Sequence record: SRR31156797_3768
DNA length: 64,000 nucleotides
Strand: one strand, 5' to 3'
Made by a program: the position numbers and the translations under genes
Shown here: positions 35,692 to 45,444 of the stretch, in pieces
Layout of the letters: each line of letters starts with the position of its first letter
Position numbering within the stretch: the stretch's first letter is position 1
The notes under the pieces: model-generated
What the model was told of the DNA's origin: nothing
The model's input: the letters and a program-made list of their open reading frames with translations, nothing else
Databases searched by the model: none

Positions 35692-36563
35692 TCGAGACTC
35701 GTCACTCCTCTACTAAAAAGGGGAATACAAAAAGTAGACGGCAGAAGAAAAAAAAGCTGCAGCACAGTCTGCTGATCGTAAGTGGTCTTTTACTTGCGTG
35801 CTTATGGTTTTATCCGTTTTTCTTGATCGTGATCAATTCATTTAAAACAAAAGCAGAGATCTTTCAGAGTACGTTGTCGCTGCCTGGCGGATTGTCCTTT
35901 GAGAATTATCAAGAGGCGTTAGAAAAACTGGATTTCATCAGAAGTTTAATGAATTCATTGTTGATTACTGTCGGTTCTTTGATCTTGGTGGTCTTTGTTT
36001 CTTCAATGGCAGCATACGCTTTATCGAGAAATACCAGCCGCTTAAGTTCAGTCCTCTATTTTGTTGTTGCCATCGGCTTGCTGATTCCTTTTCAAGGGAT
36101 CATGATTCCACTGATTTCTCTTTTTGGACGAATGAATTTGTTAAATCAGCCGGGTCTAATGATAATGTACTTGGGATTGGCTGTCAGTATGTCGACTTTT
36201 TTGTATTATGGTGCGTTAAGAGGCATTCCACGTTCGCTGGATGAAGCAGCGATCATTGATGGGGCGAATACCTTTCAGATTTATTGGAAAGTAATATTGC
36301 CTTTGTTGAAACCAACGACGGTAACGGTGATTGTTTTGAATACATTGTGGTTTTGGAATGACTATTTATTGCCTTCATTAAGTATTAATAAAGCCGGAAT
36401 GTATACGATTCCCTTGCGGATGTTTTATTTCTTCGGCGAATTTAACAAGCAATGGCATTTAGCGCTAGCCGCTCTGGTGATCGTTGTTCTGCCAATCATT
36501 CTCTTGTTTATTGCCTTGCAAAAACATGTAGTGAAAGGCATCTCAGATGGTGCAGTAAAGTAG
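35688..36563 (+). CDS. Carbohydrate ABC permease
   Basis: EAAIIDGA, WNDYLLP. Confidence 0.92.
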   Translation: MIETRHSSTKKGNTKSRRQKKKKLQHSLLIVSGLLLACLWFYPFFLIVINSFKTKAEIFQSTLSLPGGLSFENYQEALEKLDFIRSLMNSLLITVGSLILVVFVSSMAAYALSRNTSRLSSVLYFVVAIGLLIPFQGIMIPLISLFGRMNLLNQPGLMIMYLGLAVSMSTFLYYGALRGIPRSLDEAAIIDGANTFQIYWKVILPLLKPTTVTVIVLNTLWFWNDYLLPSLSINKAGMYTIPLRMFYFFGEFNKQWHLALAALVIVVLPIILLFIALQKHVVKGISDGAVK

Positions 36564-36575
36564 GAGGAAAAGAAG

Positions 36576-38858
36576 ATGAAATTTACAAATGGCTATTGGC
36601 TGGCAAAAGAAGGCGTCCAACTCGAACATCCCCGAATTGCTTATGATCATAAGGTAGAAAAGGAGCAATTGACCCTTTATCTGCCCTATCAAGAGATTCA
36701 GCGGCGTGGCGATACCTTAAACCTTGGTTTAACCACACTCACGTTCTCGACTCCGCAAAACGATGTGATCAAAGTCAGTTTGGTGCATCATGACAAGACA
36801 ATGCACGCCCCGTCGTTTACAGTGGATACCCAACCAGCAGACGTGAAGATCGATACCGATAAAGAAGACATGTATATCTTCAAATCTGGATCACTGGAAG
36901 CGAAAGTCCCTAAACAAGCGGCTTTTAAAATCGACTTTTTTGGAGAAGACAGATTGTTGACTTCTTCCATGCCTAAAGCACAGGCAAAAATTTCGGGAAA
37001 TGACGGCAAACAGTATATGCGAGAACAGCTTTCGCTAGATCCTTATGAACTTGTTTACGGATTAGGGGAACGGTTCACCCCTTTTATCAAGAACGGTCAA
37101 ACCGTTGATATTTGGAATCAAGACGGTGGTACGGGTAGCGAGCAGGCATACAAAAATATTCCGTTTTATCTGACGAATAAAGGCTACGGTATTTTTGTTG
37201 ATCATCCCGAAGCGGTTTCCTTTGAAGTGGCTTCTGAGAACGTTTCCCGCACGCAATTCAGTGTCGAGGGGCAGCGTCTAGACTATTACATCATCTATGG
37301 ACCAGATATGAAAGCCATTCTAGAAAAATACACCGACTTGACAGGAAAACCCGCCTTACCGCCAGCATGGTCTTTTGGCTTATGGCTATCCACTTCGTTT
37401 ACGACTGATTATAGTGAAGAAACAGTGATGCACTTTATCGATGAAATGCAAGCTCGTGATATTCCTTTTGATGTCTTTCATTTTGATTGTTTCTGGATGA
37501 AGGAATTTGAATGGTGTGGGTTTGAATGGAATGATGAGTTGTTTCCTGATCCGAAAGGATTACTAAAGAAAATCCATGATAAAGGATTAAAAGTCAGTCT
37601 ATGGATCAATCCTTACATTGGGCAAAAAGCCTCTGTATATCAAGAATGCAAAGAGAAAGGGTACTTTATTAAGAACCAAGCAGGTGAAGTCTGGCAGTGG
37701 GATCTTTGGCAAGCTGGACAAGGGATCATTGATTTTACCAACCCAGAGGCTCGTCAATGGTATAAAGATCGCTTAAAGGAATTGATTGAATTAGGTGTTG
37801 ATTCCTTTAAGACGGATTTCGGTGAGCGGATTCCTGAAGATGCTGTCTATTATGACGGATCAGATCCGAAAAAAATGCACAATTATTATGCCTATCTATA
37901 CAATGAAACCGTTTTTGAACTGCTGGCGGAAATGCGGGAAAATCAAGCCGTTCTTTTTGCCCGTTCTGCTTCTGTCGGTTCCCAAAAATTTCCAGTCCAT
38001 TGGGGAGGCGACAATTTATCTGAATATTCTTCGATGGCAGAGTCTCTGCGTGGTGGCTTATCCTTTGTCTTATCTGGTTTCGGATTTTGGAGCCATGATA
38101 TTGGCGGGTTTGAAGAACAAGCGACCCCCGACCTGTATAAACGTTGGACGCAATTTGGTTTATTGTCGACCCACAGTCGATACCATGGCAATGTTGAATA
38201 TCGGGTACCATGGAATTTTGGCGAAGAAGCAGCAAAAGTCAGTCAAGCTTTTTCAAAATTGAAAAATCGCCTGATGCCTTATATTTATCGTCAAGCAGCA
38301 GCCACTGCAAAAACGGGCATTCCCCTGATGCGTCCATTGATGCTAGAGTTTCCAGAGGATCCGACGGTTTATGCCATTGATAAGCAGTATATGCTAGGGG
38401 ATCGCCTATTGGCTGCACCGATTTTTAATGAGCAAGGAAAGGTTCCGTTCTATTTGCCAGCGGGTACTTGGACAAATTATTTAGACAACAAACGCTATGA
38501 AGGCCAAAAATGGTGGGAAGAAAGCTATGACTATTTCCATCTTCCGTTGATGGTACGACCGAATTCACTGATCATTGAAGGAAGCGTTGAACAGACCGCC
38601 GCCTATGACTACACCGAAAACCTCACCATCCATGCCTTTGAAATAACGGAAGCAGTTTCTGTTGAAGTCTGTGATCAGCAGGGCGTGCCAGCTGGAAAAA
38701 TTTCTATTGAACCAGAGGAACGCGGTTATCGAGTTTGTATGGAAGGGGTGGAAAACGTTCAGGTACTGTTTCGCAATCGAAGCTTTGCAAACGCCCAACG
38801 ACATCCTTTTGGCAGCATGATCACCATGGACGGACAAGAAATGATCGTCTTTGAATAA
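36576..38858 (+). CDS. yicI: Alpha-xylosidase (GH31, YicI-like)
   Basis: MKFTNGYW, HFDCFWM, FKTDFGE, HWGGD; terminator at 38865-38912. Confidence 0.9.
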   Translation: MKFTNGYWLAKEGVQLEHPRIAYDHKVEKEQLTLYLPYQEIQRRGDTLNLGLTTLTFSTPQNDVIKVSLVHHDKTMHAPSFTVDTQPADVKIDTDKEDMYIFKSGSLEAKVPKQAAFKIDFFGEDRLLTSSMPKAQAKISGNDGKQYMREQLSLDPYELVYGLGERFTPFIKNGQTVDIWNQDGGTGSEQAYKNIPFYLTNKGYGIFVDHPEAVSFEVASENVSRTQFSVEGQRLDYYIIYGPDMKAILEKYTDLTGKPALPPAWSFGLWLSTSFTTDYSEETVMHFIDEMQARDIPFDVFHFDCFWMKEFEWCGFEWNDELFPDPKGLLKKIHDKGLKVSLWINPYIGQKASVYQECKEKGYFIKNQAGEVWQWDLWQAGQGIIDFTNPEARQWYKDRLKELIELGVDSFKTDFGERIPEDAVYYDGSDPKKMHNYYAYLYNETVFELLAEMRENQAVLFARSASVGSQKFPVHWGGDNLSEYSSMAESLRGGLSFVLSGFGFWSHDIGGFEEQATPDLYKRWTQFGLLSTHSRYHGNVEYRVPWNFGEEAAKVSQAFSKLKNRLMPYIYRQAAATAKTGIPLMRPLMLEFPEDPTVYAIDKQYMLGDRLLAAPIFNEQGKVPFYLPAGTWTNYLDNKRYEGQKWWEESYDYFHLPLMVRPNSLIIEGSVEQTAAYDYTENLTIHAFEITEAVSVEVCDQQGVPAGKISIEPEERGYRVCMEGVENVQVLFRNRSFANAQRHPFGSMITMDGQEMIVFE

Positions 38859-38967
38859 GGAAACAAAACCTACCGTTCTTGATGGGTATTTATCAAGGAC
38901 GGTAGGTTTTTTGTAGTGAATGAAGCATTGAAAAGCTAACGGCAAAGTGCAGACGCAGTTCTTTGCT

Positions 38968-40671
38968 TCAGTTTTTTTCCTCCCGCTGGATCGGCAGCAG
39001 CAAGCGAACGGTGGTTCCTTCGTTGATGCGTGATTCTACAGTCAATCCGTATTTTTCCCCATAGAGCAGCTTGATACGCTGATCAATATTGTCTAAGCCA
39101 ATACCCGAATAGTGTTCAAAGTGGTTCGCGGAGCTGGTTGGGTGCTCTTCATTGAACCCGATGCCCGTATCGATGATCTCAATTTTCAGGCCTTCCTTAC
39201 TGACACGAGAAAAAATCTGGATCAATCCTGAATCCTCTTCGGGAAAGGCATGCAGGTAGGCATTTTCGATAATCGGTTGCAAAATCATTTTCGGTACGAG
39301 AATATTTTCACAGCCATCTTCTGAAAAAATCGTCGATTGGATGCGATTGCCATAACGCACGTTCATTAAAACGAGGTATTCTTCCACGATCGCTAGTTCA
39401 TCTTTTAAAGGGACGATCTCTTTGCGGTTAAAGGTATGCCGCAACAATTGGACAAAACTTTCAATCGCTTGGGTGGCGGCCTCTTGTTCGTTTTGCCAGA
39501 TTAAAAACTTGATAGCGGTCAAGGTGTTGTAGACAAAATGCGGTTGGATCTGCATTTGCAGTGAACGAATCTCGAACTTGCGTTTTTCGGCTTCTGTGAC
39601 CATTAAATGATCGACATAAGATTCCAAGTCCTCCAGCATCAAGTTATAGGCACGCCCCAATTCTCGCGTTTCATACGTCCCGTTGATGGTGACCTTGTCG
39701 CTGAAATCGCCTTGAGTGACCGCCGGCAGCTTGGCAATCAGCTGATAAATCGGTTGGGTGATGTTGCGGATGATCCAAAATGCCAGCAGACTAAAGAGTA
39801 AAATACTGACGACAGAAATCAAAAGAGCTGGCTTGATCAGATTCATATTGCGTACCAGATGCGATTCATCCAAGACATCGTAAAAAGTAAAGTGATACGA
39901 ATAAAGGGGCAGCTGATTGATGCTAGTATCTCTTTTGACCGTGACGAGATGATTTTCAAACGGCTTGCCTAAAAGGCTCGGATCAGAAGTGGAGAGAATT
40001 TGATTTTGTTCATTGACGATATAGATCGAGTGAAGACTGGTATCTAAGAGTTGACGATAAATTGAAGAAAAATCGGATTCCTTTAAGAAAATCAGGGCAT
40101 AGCCGAAAATCGTTTCTTCTTTCATTAATTTGCGCACGTACATCAAGCCAGGGGAGTCGCTGGTGGAGGTACTTAAGCCTTGGTCCAAGAAATAATACTG
40201 ACTGATGGCGTCATTGTCATTGATTTGCTGGATAAAGGTACTGGCGAGAAAATCATCCACCGATTGATTGCGAACCGCATCGTTTTGGAAAAAAGTACCC
40301 CCGTTGACCCCAATCAACACTAAATTTGAGGGGATGTCTTGAAACAAAGAGCGGGTGTCTTTTAATTGCTCGTTTAATTCTAAAATCGTACGGCCTTGAT
40401 TCATGTCGCCTTCTAAGTATGTTTCAACGGCTTTGCTTTCATCGACGATGTCAAAAATCCGATGGATATTCTCGTTCAGACGCTCATAATCTTCTTGGAT
40501 TTTTTCCAGAAGTAGCTGATTGGAGCTTTGGTACGAAGCAACATAGGCATCTTTCGAGCGACCATAGATCACGACGACGGTTAGCAGACAAACACTAATG
40601 ACCCCGACGACAACAAAGAGGAAGATCCGACTGAATAATTCATTTTTCTGAATCCATTGGTTGATTTTCAT
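38968..40671 (-). CDS. YesM/LytS-type sensor histidine kinase
   Basis: QIQPHFVYNTL, LQPIIENA, DTGIG, GIGLDN; ATGA overlap with the response regulator. Confidence 0.92.
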   Translation of the reverse strand: MKINQWIQKNELFSRIFLFVVVGVISVCLLTVVVIYGRSKDAYVASYQSSNQLLLEKIQEDYERLNENIHRIFDIVDESKAVETYLEGDMNQGRTILELNEQLKDTRSLFQDIPSNLVLIGVNGGTFFQNDAVRNQSVDDFLASTFIQQINDNDAISQYYFLDQGLSTSTSDSPGLMYVRKLMKEETIFGYALIFLKESDFSSIYRQLLDTSLHSIYIVNEQNQILSTSDPSLLGKPFENHLVTVKRDTSINQLPLYSYHFTFYDVLDESHLVRNMNLIKPALLISVVSILLFSLLAFWIIRNITQPIYQLIAKLPAVTQGDFSDKVTINGTYETRELGRAYNLMLEDLESYVDHLMVTEAEKRKFEIRSLQMQIQPHFVYNTLTAIKFLIWQNEQEAATQAIESFVQLLRHTFNRKEIVPLKDELAIVEEYLVLMNVRYGNRIQSTIFSEDGCENILVPKMILQPIIENAYLHAFPEEDSGLIQIFSRVSKEGLKIEIIDTGIGFNEEHPTSSANHFEHYSGIGLDNIDQRIKLLYGEKYGLTVESRINEGTTVRLLLPIQREEKN

Positions 40672-42191
40672 AATTGATTCAACCGCCGATACTTCGATGG
40701 AGTGACCTGACATTCTTTCTTAAAGATACGAGAAAAATAGCTGATATCCGAATACCCGACCGCTTCACTGATTTCAGATAGATTCAGATCAGATTGTGTC
40801 AGCAGTTCTTTGGCTTTATCCAAGCGGGTTTTCTTTACATACTCAGAAAAGCTCATTTTCAGTTTCGCAGAAAGAAAAGCCGAAAGATAGGTGTAACTAA
40901 AATGAAAGGTTTCAGCCAGTTCAGACAAAGACAGACTTTTGGTGTAGTTGTCTTGAATAAAGCGCTGGATCGCAACGAGTAGATCATCTTCATCCAGCGG
41001 TGATAAGGTCGTCAGCTGTTGACGAATATCATCGATGGTCGCCAACAATAAATCAGAAAAATCTTCCAAATACTGCACGTGACCGATAGCATGCAAAAAT
41101 TCAGCTTTTAAGCGGCTAAAGCGGGGAGCAGTGGGAAATTCTTCTTCCAAGCGGGAGAGTAACGTGTAAAAAATACTGCTGGCCTGCTGTTTTAAAAATG
41201 TCGGATCGACATTGGATAAAATCATGTCATTAAAATATTCCTCGATTCTGGTGATTCCTAGCAAAAAGTTGTTGTCTAACAAAGCCCGTAAGAACTTCTT
41301 AGTATCAAAGCGATCACTTTCGATGTACAAAAAGAGTTCGTGTTCTTGCACCAACCGTTGGCGTTTATAAAAAAACGATTGTCCTTGGCTTTTGGCTTTA
41401 AGGGTCACAAAATGATCCCGTAACTGCTCAATCTTTCGAAAGGGCACACTGAAAGTAAAGAAGGCATCTGGCTCGGTAAAACGCAATTGCTCCAGCGTTT
41501 CTTTCAAGGAGGAATAAACATCCGTTCCTTCTGGATAACTGATCACTAAGCCGGCATCTTTATTACTGGTTTGAAAAAAGAGCGTCTTTACCTGCGGTTG
41601 TGATTGAGTAAATTCTGTCAACGCATGTAGCAGCTGATTATTGGCACGAAAGCCGCTAAAATTGGTGGTCAAAATTTGGGCTTGCTGTTGCGGCTGACCC
41701 AATGCAAGAGAGTCCGCTAAAGGAGCCAACGGTTCTTCATACCCTGCTAAATAGCGATTCAACGATTCTTGCAGCTGCGTTTCCTCAGTCACGGAGCCTT
41801 TTGTATGTGACAGCTTTTGTGAGATGTTGTGCAGCGTCTTCAACAAGAGTGTCGGTGTCAGTGTCGGTTTTAAAAGATAATCTATGGCACCATTTCTAAA
41901 AGACTGACTGACGTATTGGAAATCATCGTAGCTGCTCAAGACCAAAAAATGGACTTCTGGATATTGTTGTTGAATGATCGTTGTGAGTTGAAGACCATCC
42001 ATTTGTGGCATTTTCAAATCCGTGATCACGATGTCGGGATTTAACTCATGGATCAGCGCCAATGCTTCTTGCCCGTTCGCTGCATCGCCTAAGAGACGGA
42101 ACCCTTCTTGCTCCCAACGTATCATATGTTTCAATCCATCTCGGATCGTTGCCTCATCATCAACGACTAAGACCGTGCGTAAAATAGTCAT
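40668..42191 (-). CDS. YesN-type response regulator (receiver plus AraC HTH)
   Basis: VVDDE, TDLKMP, YLLKP; GYSDISYFSRIFKK. Confidence 0.92.
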   Translation of the reverse strand: MTILRTVLVVDDEATIRDGLKHMIRWEQEGFRLLGDAANGQEALALIHELNPDIVITDLKMPQMDGLQLTTIIQQQYPEVHFLVLSSYDDFQYVSQSFRNGAIDYLLKPTLTPTLLLKTLHNISQKLSHTKGSVTEETQLQESLNRYLAGYEEPLAPLADSLALGQPQQQAQILTTNFSGFRANNQLLHALTEFTQSQPQVKTLFFQTSNKDAGLVISYPEGTDVYSSLKETLEQLRFTEPDAFFTFSVPFRKIEQLRDHFVTLKAKSQGQSFFYKRQRLVQEHELFLYIESDRFDTKKFLRALLDNNFLLGITRIEEYFNDMILSNVDPTFLKQQASSIFYTLLSRLEEEFPTAPRFSRLKAEFLHAIGHVQYLEDFSDLLLATIDDIRQQLTTLSPLDEDDLLVAIQRFIQDNYTKSLSLSELAETFHFSYTYLSAFLSAKLKMSFSEYVKKTRLDKAKELLTQSDLNLSEISEAVGYSDISYFSRIFKKECQVTPSKYRRLNQL

Positions 42192-42218
42192 GGTATCCCC
42201 CCTATATCTCTTCTTTAT

Positions 42219-42311
42219 TATAAACGCTTTCAAAAAAGAAAGGTATTGTAACTTTTTTCTATTTTTGGACAAATTTAGTAAGCTCTTTCATAATCATTGA
42301 ATACGGTTACA
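42219..42311. promoter_or_regulatory. Two cre (CcpA)-like sites in the divergent promoter region
   Basis: TGAAAGCGTTTATA (minus strand, 42219-42232) and TGTAACCGTATTCA (minus strand, 42298-42311, overlapping TTGAAT -35). Confidence 0.6.
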
Positions 42312-42359
42312 AAATCAGTGTATAGTTAGCCTTGTAAATAAAAGGAAAGAGGGATAAAA

Positions 42360-43649
42360 ATGAAAAAACTACTTGCATCGATGGTAACGGCGGCTGCAGT
42401 GCTGACTTTGGCGGCTTGCGGAAACAGCAACACAAGCTCTGGGGATTCCGGCGAGTCCTCAAACAAAGTCACGGTCTGGGCATGGGATGAGACCTTCAAC
42501 ATCAAGGCAGTCAATGAAGCCAAAAAAGTGTATGAAAATCAAGATGTCGATGTGGAAGTTGTGACGATGTCGCAAGATGATATCGTCCAAAAATTAAATA
42601 CTAGTCTGGCATCAGGAAATACGGACGGACTGCCAAATATCGTCTTGATCGAAGACTACCGCATCCAAGGGTACCTTTCTTCTTATCCAGATGCGTTTAG
42701 TGATCTAACGGATATCGTGAATGAGGAGGATTTCTCCAGCTATAAATTTGCGGTCAATAAAGTCGACGATGTCATTTATGGGGTGCCATTTGACAGTGGC
42801 GTCGCAGGACTATTTTACCGCACAGATTATTTGACCGATGCAGGCTATGAGCAAGCGGATCTCCAAGATATTACCTGGGATGATTTTATCAGCATTGCCA
42901 AAGATGTCAAAGAAAAAACGGGTCACGCTATGATGTCGTTAGACCCAAGCGATCTTGGCTTGGCACGAATCATTATGCAATCGGCAGGCGAATGGTATAC
43001 CGGTGAAGATGGCTCCACCGTGACCATCAAAGACAATGAATCCTTCAAAGCCGGTCTAAATGTCTTGGCAACATTGTTGAATGAAGGCTTAGTTGAACAA
43101 GTTTCCGATTGGGATGGCGGGGTCAATGCTGTTCAATCGGGGAATGTTGCGTCTGCGCCAACCGGTGCGTGGTATTCTAGCACAATTCAAGGCGCTGAAG
43201 ATCAAAGCGGAAAATGGGCGATCGCTCCGATCCCATCCATCGCTGGCGATAGCAATTCAGTCAATGCTTCCAGCATCGGCGGAGCAGGCTGGTACGTGAT
43301 CAAAGGGGTTGACGGCGAAGAAAATGCCAAAGACTTTTTAGCCAATACCTTTGCTTCAAACAAAGAATTGATGGGTACATTAGCTACCGAGATCGGTCTA
43401 GTTTCAACCATGAATGCTGCAGAAGAAACGGAAGAATATACGTCGGGTCTTGATTTCTATGGCGGTCAAAAAGTCTTCCAAGATTTCTCACAATGGTCAC
43501 AAGAAATTCCAGCCGTGAACTACGGCAATCACACCTATGCCATTGAATCCGTCTTGACTGAAAGCTTGCAACGAGTGATCAACGGTGAAGACATCGATAA
43601 AGTATTAGAAGAAGCACAATCACAAGTGGAAGCACAAATTGCAAACTAA
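42360..43649 (+). CDS. Sugar ABC solute-binding lipoprotein
   Basis: Lipobox LAAC; YGVPFDSG. Confidence 0.9.
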   Translation: MKKLLASMVTAAAVLTLAACGNSNTSSGDSGESSNKVTVWAWDETFNIKAVNEAKKVYENQDVDVEVVTMSQDDIVQKLNTSLASGNTDGLPNIVLIEDYRIQGYLSSYPDAFSDLTDIVNEEDFSSYKFAVNKVDDVIYGVPFDSGVAGLFYRTDYLTDAGYEQADLQDITWDDFISIAKDVKEKTGHAMMSLDPSDLGLARIIMQSAGEWYTGEDGSTVTIKDNESFKAGLNVLATLLNEGLVEQVSDWDGGVNAVQSGNVASAPTGAWYSSTIQGAEDQSGKWAIAPIPSIAGDSNSVNASSIGGAGWYVIKGVDGEENAKDFLANTFASNKELMGTLATEIGLVSTMNAAEETEEYTSGLDFYGGQKVFQDFSQWSQEIPAVNYGNHTYAIESVLTESLQRVINGEDIDKVLEEAQSQVEAQIAN

Positions 43650-43710
43650 TCGAACAACTTTACAGAAACTCGTGAGCGATCGCGAGTTTCTGTGTTAAGG
43701 GGGAATTACA

Positions 43711-44586
43711 ATGAAAAACAAAACAAAAAATTGGTTTGCAAACGGCAATGCCTTTATTACCTTACCCGTCATTTTGATCACGATGCTGGTCTTTATCCCG
43801 ATGGTCTCGGCATTGTTCACGTCATTCCAATCAGGACCACCGACAGCGATGACCTTTAACGGTCTTGGCAACTATCAGCGGATGTTGAGCGACTCAACCT
43901 TTAAAAAAGCCTTTGGCAATACGTTTTTATACTTATTAGTCCAAGTTCCGATCATGCTCTTTTTGGCGCTGATCGTATCGAACATATTGAATGACAAAAA
44001 ATTGAAATTTAAAGGGCTGTTCCGCACCGCCTTGTTTTTACCATGTATCACATCCTTGGTTTCTTATTCCTTGATCATGAAAAGTCTCTTTTCGGCAAAC
44101 GGGTTAGTCAATAACTTTTTGACGCAGCTACACCTGATCGATGCGCCGATCCAATGGTTGACAGATCCTTTTTGGGCAAAAGTACTGATTATTTTTGCCA
44201 TCACGTGGCGTTGGACCGGCTACAATATGATCTTTTTCATCTCAGGCATGCAGAATATCGATCCAAGTATTTATGAAGCGGCAGAGATCGATGGCGCTTC
44301 AAAATGGGATCAATTCTTCAAAATCACGATTCCCAACTTGCGTCCAATCATCCTATTTACCACGATCACTTCAACGATCGGTACGCTGCAATTATTCGAT
44401 GAAGTTCAAAATATTACTGGCGGTGGACCAGCCAATGCTACGACGACCTTGTCACAATACATCTACAATTTAAGTTACAAATTCACGCCAAACTTTGGGT
44501 ATGCCGCTGCGGTCTCCTTTGTTATCGTGATTGCAATCGTGATTTTATCGATCATCCAAACGAAAATAGGAGGAAAAGAAAATTGA
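43711..44586 (+). CDS. Carbohydrate ABC permease
   Basis: WRWTGYN, EAAEIDGA. Confidence 0.92.
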   Translation: MKNKTKNWFANGNAFITLPVILITMLVFIPMVSALFTSFQSGPPTAMTFNGLGNYQRMLSDSTFKKAFGNTFLYLLVQVPIMLFLALIVSNILNDKKLKFKGLFRTALFLPCITSLVSYSLIMKSLFSANGLVNNFLTQLHLIDAPIQWLTDPFWAKVLIIFAITWRWTGYNMIFFISGMQNIDPSIYEAAEIDGASKWDQFFKITIPNLRPIILFTTITSTIGTLQLFDEVQNITGGGPANATTTLSQYIYNLSYKFTPNFGYAAAVSFVIVIAIVILSIIQTKIGGKEN

Positions 44587-45404
44587 AAACAATCTCACTC
44601 ACTTTAAAATACGTCTTTCTTGCGATTTTGGCTTTCATCTCTATTTTTCCATTTGTTTGGATGATCCTAGGGATGACCAATCAAACCTTTGATATCGTTG
44701 CCGGGAAAATCATGATTGGGGATCAGTTGGTCATCAACTTCCAAAATCTTTTTTCTTCCGATTTGAATTTTACTCGGGCATTAGGAAACTCAGCGGTGAT
44801 TGCCGTGATTACTACCTTCTTTGCACTGTTGTTCTCCTCCATGGCAGGGTATGGCTTTGAGATCTATCGGACGAAAACCAAAGACCGTATCTTTAATATT
44901 CTATTGCTGTCGATGATGGTACCTTTTGCCGCTCTAATGATCCCGTTATATCGGATGTTCAGCAAGCTTAGCGGCACACCAATCGGGATCAATACCTTCG
45001 CTGTCGTGATTTTGCCCTCGGTCTGTACCGCCTTTTTGATTTTCTTTTTCCGCCAAAACATCAAGGCATTCCCTAGAGAATTAGTCGAAGCTGCTCGGAT
45101 CGATGGCTTGAATGAACTGAGTATTTTCTTTAGAGTCTACATGCCGACGGCTAAAAATACTTATGCAGCTGCCGCGATCATTACGTTTATGGGCAGCTGG
45201 AACAATTATTTGTGGCCATTAGTTGCCTTGCAATCACCAGACAAACGGACCGTTCCACTGGTTCTTTCGGCTATGGGTGCTTCTTATACACCTGATTATG
45301 GCATGATGATGTGCGGCATTGTGATCGCCACACTGCCAATGGCCATCATTTTCTTCGTTTTACAAAAACAATTCGTCCAAGGGATGCTGGGATCCGTGAA
45401 ATAA
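44583..45404 (+). CDS. Carbohydrate ABC permease
   Basis: EAARIDG, WNNYLWP; TTG start. Confidence 0.92.
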   Translation: MKTISLTLKYVFLAILAFISIFPFVWMILGMTNQTFDIVAGKIMIGDQLVINFQNLFSSDLNFTRALGNSAVIAVITTFFALLFSSMAGYGFEIYRTKTKDRIFNILLLSMMVPFAALMIPLYRMFSKLSGTPIGINTFAVVILPSVCTAFLIFFFRQNIKAFPRELVEAARIDGLNELSIFFRVYMPTAKNTYAAAAIITFMGSWNNYLWPLVALQSPDKRTVPLVLSAMGASYTPDYGMMMCGIVIATLPMAIIFFVLQKQFVQGMLGSVK

Positions 45405-45444
45405 GCGGGGCATCAGCGAACAATTATAAAGTAGAGGGTACGAT